Positions 15,351 through 24,700 of a stretch of 32,000 bases of DNA are shown one piece after another. The notes under the pieces were generated by a model. That model saw only the letters and a list, made by a program, of their open reading frames with translations. It was not told the DNA's origin and searched no databases. This stretch comes from Candidatus Pacearchaeota archaeon. GTDB taxonomy: Archaea; Nanobdellota; Nanobdellia; Pacearchaeales; UBA284. Location of the stretch: the NCBI GenBank assembly GCA_026016245.1, contig CP061211.1:240001-272000 (forward strand), in the 5' to 3' direction. Every line of letters begins with the position of its first letter. Within the stretch, counting starts at the first letter, position 1. The translations under genes and the position numbers were made by a program.

Positions 15351-17414
15351 ATGACATATACTTTGATTATCGCAGAGAAACCAGCTGCTGCAATGCGAAT
15401 AGCTTATGCTCTCGCAGAGATTGCTCCTGTCAAGAGGAATATTGCTGGAGTGCCATTCTGGGAGATTAATAGAGGTAAGAAGAAATTCATTATAGTGAGT
15501 GCAGTGGGTCATTTGTTTGGCTTAGCTCAGAAGGGAACAAGCAAAGAGTGGCCTGTTTTTGATATTGAATGGCAAGCAAGTAAGGGTTTTGTTAGGAAAT
15601 ATATGAATGTTATCACGCATTTTGCCAAGGAAGCTGATAATTTCATTATTGCCTGTGATTATGATATTGAAGGCGAGCTTATTGGTTTTAATGCTCTCAG
15701 ATTTTTATGTAAAAAAGAAGACGCAAAAAGAATGAAATTCTCCACACTTACTAAGCCAGATCTAATCAAAAGTTATGAAGATATTATGGCTCATATAGAT
15801 TTTGGCCAGGTTTATGCTGGAGAAACCCGTCACTTTCTTGATTGGTATTATGGTATTAATTTAAGCAGGGCATTAATGCAGGCAATAAAAAAAGCTGGTT
15901 CATTTAGGATTCTTAGCATTGGTAGAGTTCAAGGACCTGCTTTAGCTTTGATTGTGGAAAAAGAAAAAAAGATTCAAGCATTCAAGCCAGAGCCTTATTG
16001 GCAAATTTTCCTTCTTGTGAAAAATAAACATGAAATTGAGGTTAAATATCCTAAAGATATTATAAAAGAAAAAGAACTTAAGATTTTTGAAAAATTAAAA
16101 GGAAAAACTGGAGAGGCTAGAACAACTAAAGAAGAAAAGAGCCTGAGACCTTTCCCGCCTTTTGATTTAACAAGTCTGCAGATAGAATCATACAAGTTTT
16201 TTGGCATAACTCCTGCACAAACCCTATCAATAGCACAAAAATTATATCTTCAAGGCCTGATTAGTTATCCAAGAACTAGCAGTCAGAAGTTGCCTTTTAC
16301 TATAGGATATAAAAGAATTTTAAATAAGTTAAACAGGCTTTTTCCTAAATTAACAGCTTATGCCAAGAGAGCCATGCCAATAGAAGGCAGAAAGACAGAT
16401 CCAGCACATCCTTCTATATTTCCTACAGGTGAAAAATCAAAAAAATTGAATCAAGCAGAAAAACAAGTTTATGATTTAATTGTTAAGAGATTTATTGCAT
16501 GCTTTTCTGAAGATGCTTTTATTGAGGAAAAGAAAATAAGTGTGAAGGTTGGAAAGCATGAATTTATTGTCCAAGGCAAGAAGATTCTGAAAAAAGAATG
16601 GTTAAATGTTTATCCAGCAAAAATTGATGTTAAGGAAATTCCTGATCTGGATGGCAAAGTAAAAGTTAAGGATGTGAGAATAGATGAAAAAGAAACACAG
16701 CCTCCAAGACGTTATAGTGCATCAAGTCTTGTCTATGAATTAGAGAAAAGAGGTTTAGGCACAAAAGGAACAAGAGCTATGATTGTTGATACGCTTTACA
16801 AAAGAGGCTATATAACAGGAAGACAGATTCAAGCAACAAAACTTGGAATGAATGTTGTTTCTGCCCTTGAAAAAAATAGCCCTTTGATTCTTGATGAAAA
16901 GCTGACAAGGAAATTTGAAGAAGAGATGGAAAAAATAAGAGGGGAAAAAACAAAAGAAAAAATAGTCAAAAAAGAAAAGAAAGTAATAGATGAAGCAAAA
17001 GATCTGTTAATAAAGATTTCAAAGCAATTTAAAGAGCATGAAAAGGAAATAGGAAAAGAGCTTCTTGCAGCACATAAAGAGATTGTAGAGGAACAAAGGA
17101 AAGCCAATACTTTATTCTTATGTCCTGTATGCAAGAAAGGTCATCTTGTTATGTTAAGGAGCAGAAGAGGCAAGAGATTTGCTGGTTGTGATGCTTACCC
17201 AAAATGTAAAAATACCTATGCTTTGCCACAATATGGCTTGATAAAATTAGCAGGTAAGAAATGTAAAGAATGTGACTTCCAACTTCTTCTGCTCATAAGG
17301 AAAAGTAAACCACCATGGGAATTTTGTTTTAATCCTGAATGTAAAACAAGAAAAGTAATAAAAAAAGTAAGGAGACAAAAACCAAAAGCCAGAAAGCCAA
17401 GAAAATTAAGTTAA
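15351..17414 (+). CDS. topA: DNA topoisomerase, type IA (TopA/Topo III-like) with C-terminal zinc ribbons
   Basis: Toprim signatures are TLIIAEKP and ACDYDIEGE. The active-site Tyr context is GLISYPRTSSQ. C-terminal zinc ribbons are CPVCKKG...CDAYPKCKN and CKECD...CFNPEC. The true start is MTYTLIIAEKP at 15351, because the track start 15258 overlaps gltX. Confidence 0.92.
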   Translation: MTYTLIIAEKPAAAMRIAYALAEIAPVKRNIAGVPFWEINRGKKKFIIVSAVGHLFGLAQKGTSKEWPVFDIEWQASKGFVRKYMNVITHFAKEADNFIIACDYDIEGELIGFNALRFLCKKEDAKRMKFSTLTKPDLIKSYEDIMAHIDFGQVYAGETRHFLDWYYGINLSRALMQAIKKAGSFRILSIGRVQGPALALIVEKEKKIQAFKPEPYWQIFLLVKNKHEIEVKYPKDIIKEKELKIFEKLKGKTGEARTTKEEKSLRPFPPFDLTSLQIESYKFFGITPAQTLSIAQKLYLQGLISYPRTSSQKLPFTIGYKRILNKLNRLFPKLTAYAKRAMPIEGRKTDPAHPSIFPTGEKSKKLNQAEKQVYDLIVKRFIACFSEDAFIEEKKISVKVGKHEFIVQGKKILKKEWLNVYPAKIDVKEIPDLDGKVKVKDVRIDEKETQPPRRYSASSLVYELEKRGLGTKGTRAMIVDTLYKRGYITGRQIQATKLGMNVVSALEKNSPLILDEKLTRKFEEEMEKIRGEKTKEKIVKKEKKVIDEAKDLLIKISKQFKEHEKEIGKELLAAHKEIVEEQRKANTLFLCPVCKKGHLVMLRSRRGKRFAGCDAYPKCKNTYALPQYGLIKLAGKKCKECDFQLLLLIRKSKPPWEFCFNPECKTRKVIKKVRRQKPKARKPRKLS

Positions 17415-18260
17415 TATGTGTTTTACATGATTACTTGTGCCTATAGGCACTTCTTTTTCAGGATAAACAATTATGCCTTTTTTTTGTTTTATTTCCATAG
17501 CAACAATTTTTCTCTTTATATTTTCACCCCTCATCTTTAAAATTTCTACTGCACTACCACGCCTGCCATTTCCATAAATTACATTATAAATTATTATGAT
17601 GCCATCTGAAAGAAAGCTTACAGCTTCAGCTCTTTCAACATAAACAGTTCCTATATGTGTTGGATTGCTTACCTCACGAATTAAAAAAGAGGTAATCTCT
17701 GTTTTTTCTAGATATCTAAACAACTGTTCCATATAAACCCTGAATCTTGCTTCTTCACCTGAAAAAGCAGAAGCAATAGATGTTAAGGAATCTATACAAA
17801 CAATATCTGGTTTAAAATCTGGGGGGAAAAATACTGGTTGTATATCAATAAGCAACTCTTTTTTAGCTTCGCTAAGCAAGGCTTCAACACTTCTTGAAAT
17901 ATCAAGGGCACTATATCTTTTTATCCTGAGCAAGTCCTTTTTCTCAAATTCATCTGGATGCCAACCAAAAGCACGCATATGTCTTCTTAATCTTGATTCT
18001 GGCTCTTCAAAACTCATATAAAGAACTTTTTTTCCTTGTTTGCAGGCATTATAAGCAAGTTGTAAACAAAAAATTGTTTTGCCACTACCAGGGCCACCTT
18101 CAACAAGAACGCTGCTACCAACAGGAACCCCTTTTTCTAAAAGTTTATCAAAACCCTGAATATTTGTTTTAAAATATTCCCTTGGCTTTAACTTTAATTC
18201 TCTAACTCTTTTAACAGCTTTAGCAGCTTTTTTCTTAGCTCTTCTTACCCCTTTTTTCAT
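17406..18260 (-). CDS. Single-domain KaiC/RecA-superfamily ATPase with basic N-terminal tail
   Basis: Walker A is VEGGPGSGKTIFCLQLA and Walker B-like is DIVCIDSL. The KaiC-like layout includes GFDKLLEKGVPVGSSVLV...YMSFEE. The N-terminus is MKKGVRRAKKKAAKAVKRVRE. Palindromic TTTATAAA (18283-18290) lies 22 nt upstream of the ATG at 18260. The stop overlaps the topA stop by 9 nt in convergent orientation. Confidence 0.8.
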   Translation of the reverse strand: MKKGVRRAKKKAAKAVKRVRELKLKPREYFKTNIQGFDKLLEKGVPVGSSVLVEGGPGSGKTIFCLQLAYNACKQGKKVLYMSFEEPESRLRRHMRAFGWHPDEFEKKDLLRIKRYSALDISRSVEALLSEAKKELLIDIQPVFFPPDFKPDIVCIDSLTSIASAFSGEEARFRVYMEQLFRYLEKTEITSFLIREVSNPTHIGTVYVERAEAVSFLSDGIIIIYNVIYGNGRRGSAVEILKMRGENIKRKIVAMEIKQKKGIIVYPEKEVPIGTSNHVKHILT

Positions 18261-18429
18261 TACTTAACTTAAATAAAATATATTTATAAACTTTTTTATA
18301 AAAACCCTTAGAACAAAATAAGGCAAAATAAGGAAAAAGAAAGATTTTTAAACCTATGAACAATCATATTTTTAAGCAAAATACTGAACAAAAGTTTGAA
18401 TGAAATATTAAACAAAATAATGTACTTAT

Positions 18430-18449
18430 GTTCATTCATATGATTGAAC
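18430..18449. promoter_or_regulatory. Near-perfect 20-bp palindrome, candidate operator upstream of the wHTH gene
   Basis: GTTCATTCATATGATTGAAC pairs at 9 of 10 positions around a central CATATG. It lies 29-48 nt upstream of the ATG at 18478, abutting the A/T-rich TATA-like AAAATAAATAA. A related half-site, GAACAATCATAT, occurs at about 18357. Confidence 0.4.
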
Positions 18450-18477
18450 ACAAAATAAATAACAATTAAAATGAAAG

Positions 18478-18699
18478 ATGAATAATAACCAAAAACATAT
18501 TAAGAAACTTAAGAAAGAATTTTTAAATTTTATTTCTAAAAATAATGTTGTTACCACATCTGAAATAGCTTCAAAATTTAATTTATCATGGAATACTGTT
18601 GAAAAATATCTGCTTGAGCTAACCATAGACAAGAAGGTTGAAAGGATAAAAAAATCAAGAACAAATTTATGGATGTTAAAAAAAATAACTAAAATCTAA
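18478..18699 (+). CDS. Small winged-helix-turn-helix DNA-binding protein (73 aa)
   Basis: VVTTSEIASKFNLSWNTVEKYLLELTIDKKVERIKKSRTNLW fits helix-turn-helix plus a beta-wing. It ends 3 nt before the giant ORF. Confidence 0.7.
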   Translation: MNNNQKHIKKLKKEFLNFISKNNVVTTSEIASKFNLSWNTVEKYLLELTIDKKVERIKKSRTNLWMLKKITKI

Positions 18700-18702
18700 A
18701 AA

Positions 18703-21700
18703 ATGAGTAAGAAAAGAGGTGAAATGACAAGCCAGAGAGAAAACAAAAAGAGGATGAATAAAAAGAGTGAGTTGAAGAGAATTATATTGCTAATAGCTAT
18801 AAGTCTATTATTCACAGTGTTAATTGTTAGTGCTAATAATTTTACTAATATAACTAATTTTACTGATAATAATCAATCTAACCAAACTCTGGATTTAGAA
18901 TGTCAGCAAGATTCTGATTGTGATGATAATAATGAAAGTACATTTGATTATTGCACTAATAACTCTTGTTATTATCAAGAAATTGAATGTATAAATGATA
19001 GTAATTGTGATGATAATAATAGTTTGACTTTTGACTACTGTATAAACAATTCTTGTTATTATGTTGAACCAGAATGTTTTACTGATGAAGATTGCAATGA
19101 CAACAACGAATCAACCACAGATTTATGTCAAGATTATAATTGTATTTATGAGATTAATGAAACAAACATAACAGCAGAAATTCTTGAGCTTGAGCAACAA
19201 GAAGCTAAAATAAATGAGAAAGTTAAATGGATAGTAAAAATAAAAGCCCAAACTTTAGAAGAAGCTATATTATTAATTCCTGAAGATGCTTTTATTCTTT
19301 CATCTGAAGAACAAGAACAAGTTTTCTTGATTGAGTATGAAACTCCTATGATAGAAATAGAAGAAGAAATAATAGAGCAAGAACAAGAAATAAAAAAAGA
19401 TGAGATGACTGGTCAGGTTATTAGTCAGGCAATTCAAGGAAAAATAATAAAAAGAGTTATTATTAGTAGCAATTTCTCAGGTCATTATCATAATGTTAAG
19501 GCTTTTACAATTATTAATTTAGAAAATGAAATTCAAGAATCTCAGTTTAAGGTTTATCATCTTATTAGTAATGAAAAAGTTGATATTACAGATAAGTCAG
19601 AATATAATGTGACTATTAATAAGATTGAAGAAAATAACATCAATACTTCAACTAACTTATCAAATTATCAGATTTCTTGGCTAGTTCCTGAACTTAGTGA
19701 GCAGATTTTTGAGATAACTGCTGGTGGAGAAGGTCCAGTCATTCTCTCAACTCCTGGAGAAATAGATTCTTGTCAAACCTTAGATACAGCAGGAACATAT
19801 ACTTTAAACCAAAACGTTTCAGCAGATACTACTTGCTTTAACATAACCTCTGATAATGTTACTCTTGACTGTGCTGGTTATACTATAAATTATTCTGCTA
19901 CAGGAACTGGCTATGCTGTGAATAATTCTGTTGGTTATAGTAACATAACAATTAAAAATTGTTTTATAAACAATGTATCAACAAGTTATTCATCTAGTTA
20001 TGCTATATATTTCCAAGGCTCAAGCACAGACCCATGTTCAGGAAATGTTATAGATAATAACACTATTTTAACTTCAGGAACAAGCAGTCATGGGATTTAT
20101 TTATATGATTATGTGAACAAGACAAATATAACAAACAATAATATAACTACCACTGGGTCAAGCAGTAAGGGAATTTATTTAAATAGTAAAGTAAACAGCA
20201 GTATTATCGCCAATAACACATTAAAAACATCTCAAACCAGTTCTTATGGGATTGATGTTTATATGTATTCTGGGGAAAATATTATTTATAACAATAATAT
20301 AACAACAACTGGATCCGGCGGGTATGGAATGAGAATATATCAATATTGTGACAAAAATAATATAACAAACAATAATATAACCACCACAAGCACTGGAATT
20401 GGCATTTTTATGTATTCTGCTGATTTTAATAATATAAAAAATAATTCTTTTGTTACTGGAAGCAGTGGAGTATATGTGTATAATAGTGCAAGCAATGTTT
20501 TTTATAAGAATAATATAACAACTTCTGGCTCTGATAGCTATGGAATTTATCTTTATCAGTCTAGCACAAAATATAATAATTTTACAGATAACAGAATAAC
20601 TACTTCTGGAGCAAGTGCTCATGGGGTCTATGTTTCATCAGCAAATGATAATGCAATATTTAATTCATCAATTGAAACAACAAACACTGGAAATGCTATT
20701 TATTATGCTGGAGCCAGTAATGCGACAATAGAAAATACAGTTATAAATTCTACAAATGCTGGAACAAAGGACATTTACTTTGTAAGCTCAAGCAAAGGAA
20801 ACCTCAACTTGACAAACTGCACCCTAAACAAAACAGATGTCTCATTCCATTCAAGTTCAACAGCCAATCTAAATATCCATTATTATCTTGATGCTCAAGT
20901 TAATTACACAAACGGAAATCCAGTCCAAGATGCAAATGTAAGTGGTTATGATGTGGATAATGAGTTAGCTTTTACACAATTGACAGACAGTAATGGATTG
21001 ATAGCAAGACAAACTCTTCTTGAATACATGCAAAACTTTACAGATAAGTATTATAAAACAAAATATACAATTAATGCAACTTATCAAATAGGTTATACTA
21101 ATGATTCAGAGCAGGTTAATCTGACAGCAAACAATATAACAGATGATAATACTCAGATTATCTTGACTATTGGTACTACCTCTCCAACAACAAACTTAGT
21201 TTCTCCTGACAATGGAAATGTGAGTGATTTTTCCACGATTAATTTTACCTGCAATGCGACTGATGATTTAATGCTTAAAAATATATCTTTATGGCACAAC
21301 ATTACAGGAGCATGGGGTCTTAATCAAACTTTTTTTGGCTTAAATATTTCTTCTCAAACCTGTTCGCAGGTCTGGGGTTTTGACTGCGGTGCAGGACCTC
21401 CAGAAGCAGGAGACAACACATTTGATGATTGTACTTATAGTGGTTCAGGTGGTGGTCTTATTTCTGTTAAAGAAATCTATTTGAATGCAACAAAAATTGC
21501 TCCAGGAGATTCTTTGAATGCTACATGTTATTTTGAAAGTTATGAGGGTTATGAAGATGAATTTGATTCTGGGATATTCTATTACAATGGAAGTGGATGG
21601 TATGAATTATGGAGTGGAGACCCTTCTCCTTGCAGTGGACAGCCTTGTTATGTTAATACTTCAACAGCCTTTACAGCTAACAACACAGTAGGAACCCACT

Positions 21701-24700
21701 GGATAAGATGTTCAATCCAGTATACTGATGCAGGAACTGACATCACAGATTATTGTGCAGTAGGTGATGCTGGTTACCAAGACAATGATGACCTTAGTTT
21801 TACAGTATCTGACTCTATTGGCTCAGCAACTGCAACAGCTAGTTTTATCTTAAATGTTCCTGACGGCCATCATATCTGGAATTGTCAAGCTTATAACAAC
21901 AGAAGTAAGGATGATTTTGCTGATTCTAATTATACGTTGACTGTTCAAGAGCCCCCAAATGTTACTCTTAACCTGCCTGTTGACGGTAATTTAAGTGCAA
22001 GCAATAATATAACTTTCAATTGTTCAGCTACTGATAACAGTGGATTAAAAAATGTAACTCTCTGGGGAAATTGGAGTGGTGGATGGCATGCAAACACTAC
22101 AAATAATTTTTCAGGACTAAGTAACTCAACTGCTTTTAATTTAAATGTTTCAGAGGGTGCTTATTTATGGAATTGTTTAGTTTATGATATAAATGATTAC
22201 TCAGCTTTTGCCTCAAGTAATTTTAGTTTGACTGTAAATACTCCTCCAACAACTCCGACAAACATAACTTGTAATGGCCAGATTTGTTCTCTGAATAATT
22301 CTTTTAATAATATCATAGAAATAAATTGTTCTGGCTCAACTGATCCTAGTGGAGATGTTATTACCTATCTTATAGAAGCTAATTACACTTCTGGAGGAGC
22401 AGGAGATGCTGAGATTTCCCTTGGACCTTATGTGTATGAAAATACTGCTGGTCATGGAACACCTGTATGGTCAAGAAAATCAGAATGGGACCCTGTAACG
22501 TCCAGTTCATATTTTTATCCAACCTATGGTGATTTAGATGGAGACGGAGACTCTGACTTTATGTATGTTGCAAATAGCAATCAACTTAAAGCATATGAAA
22601 ATACTGGTTCTGCTGAAAGTCCTTCGTGGTCTTATAATGCTGGATGGAGTTTCTCAAATAGTGTTCCTACAGGAGAAGGAACAACAGTATTTAGTATAGA
22701 CCTTGGAGATGTTGAAGGTGACGGAGATTTAGATCTTTTATTTGCTAAACATAATAATATACTATTTTATGAAAATACAGCTGGAGCAGGTAATGACCCC
22801 TCCTGGAGTTATAATTCAGGCTGGACTGCAAGTCTTGGTAGTGCTACAAATATAGGAGCAAGGCTTGTTGATATTGATAATGACGGAGATATGGATATTT
22901 TCTACCATGATTGGAGTGGAAATAATTATTTCTATGAAAATACTGGCAGTCAAACTTGGTCAAGAAAATCAGAATGGGAAACTGGGTTTGTTAGTGGAGG
23001 GGCAAATTCACAATTTGGAGACTTTTATGATATTGATGGTGATGGGGATTATGATTATTTTGGTTATGAAAGCAGTTCTTATAAAGATGCTTATGAAAAT
23101 ACTGGGAGTGCATCTAGTCCTTCTTGGAGTGCTAATTCAGATTGGGGTTCAGCTATTCCAAGTTCATCAAGTTCTATTTATCCTGCTTTAGTTGACCTTG
23201 ATAATGATGGGAGTAGTTCTGGATGGCAGTTGATAGGAAATCATTCTGAAACATCTGTCTTTGAGTGGAGCATAACTGATGTGAATGAGCAGACAAATAT
23301 TAATCTAAGATGCAGGGCAGTTGACGAGCAAGGAAGTAATACTAATTCAAGTGCTTACAGTCCTGAGACTAATTTAACAATAGACCATACTGCACCTGTT
23401 TTTACTAATGTTAGTTACCAACCCAGTACAGACATTGGACTAGACCCTGATGTTCAGGTTAATGTTACTGTTAATGTAACTGACCCTGTTAATAATAATG
23501 TGAACAGCACAGTAAGTGCTGTTATATTACAATATAAGTCACAGTATGATTCTGACTTTAGTAATACAAGCATGAGTTATAATGTTTCTAATGAATTATA
23601 TGAAGGTAACTTTACTCCAAGTTTTGAGGCTAATTACACAATAAGAATATGGGCAAATGACTCTGCTCTTACATATGCTAACACTAATACCTCATCTAAT
23701 AGCACCTTAGAAATATTTTATGACTGGGTCTGGAATCACACACCTTATGACCTTGGAACAGTAGCAGGAATTCAAAAATCAACACAGACTGTGGGTTATA
23801 TTTATATAACTAACAATGCTGATTCTAATTTACATTATGACTTAAGTCATAATTATATTCTTGGAGCTGATTACATGAATTTCTCAGATGATTTGTTTAC
23901 TCTAACTCCTGGACAGAGCAAGAACATAACTGTAAACGCGACTTTTACTCCGGCAGCTGGTGAGTCTAATGTTAAAATAACAATAGATGCTACAACCCCT
24001 AATGCAGATCCTTCTGAAAATCATACTAATATCACTCTTGCTTCTTATGCAGGAGGCCCTTATTTAGATGTTGTGATAGATATTTATAATTCAATTATAG
24101 GACAAAGCAATTGGATGAATTTATCTGCTTACATTAGAAACATAGGTAATGAAACTTCACAAAACACAACCTATAACTGGACTCTTGCTAGTGGAATTAC
24201 AGTTAATAGTGGTGATAAAAATGCAGTTATAGGAAACATAACTCCAAATTCTCAGAACAGAACAAACTTGAATGTGACAGTAAGTGCCTCAACATCTTAT
24301 GGTAATAATAACATGAGTTTATTTGCTTCTGGCCAGGGTTCTAACACAAATGATACTAATCAGATAACTGTTTTTGTTCAGTGTAATTCAGGAGATGGTG
24401 TCTGCGGTGCAGGCTGTATAGATGCTGAAGGAGCACCTAACTATGATTCTGATTGTGTAGAACAGCCGTCTGGAGGCGGCGGAGGAGGCGGAGGAGTAAG
24501 TGGCCAAGCCAGAGAAAAATTCCTAACAACATCTGAAACAATAGAAATAGTAAGAGGCCAGACAACTGAATTTACTATTGAAGTAAAAAATGAATTTGAT
24601 GATGTTATAAAGGATATAACAATTGAGGTTGAAGGAATAATGTCAACTTATTTAAGTCTTTCACCTGCACATATAGATTCTCTTAATCCAGGAGAAAGCA

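Noticed and set aside
18261-18477. Replication origin in the AT-rich 217-bp intergenic region
   Set aside because: There is no adjacent orc1/cdc6 gene. No ORB-like long inverted repeats flank a duplex-unwinding element. The short motifs are more consistent with promoter or operator function.
24472-24495. (GGN)8 tract encoding Gly8, a GC island in AT-rich DNA, as a phase-variation slippage site
   Set aside because: It uses mixed GGA/GGC codons in triplet register. Slippage would only change linker length and would not switch the frame. It is most simply a flexible hinge.
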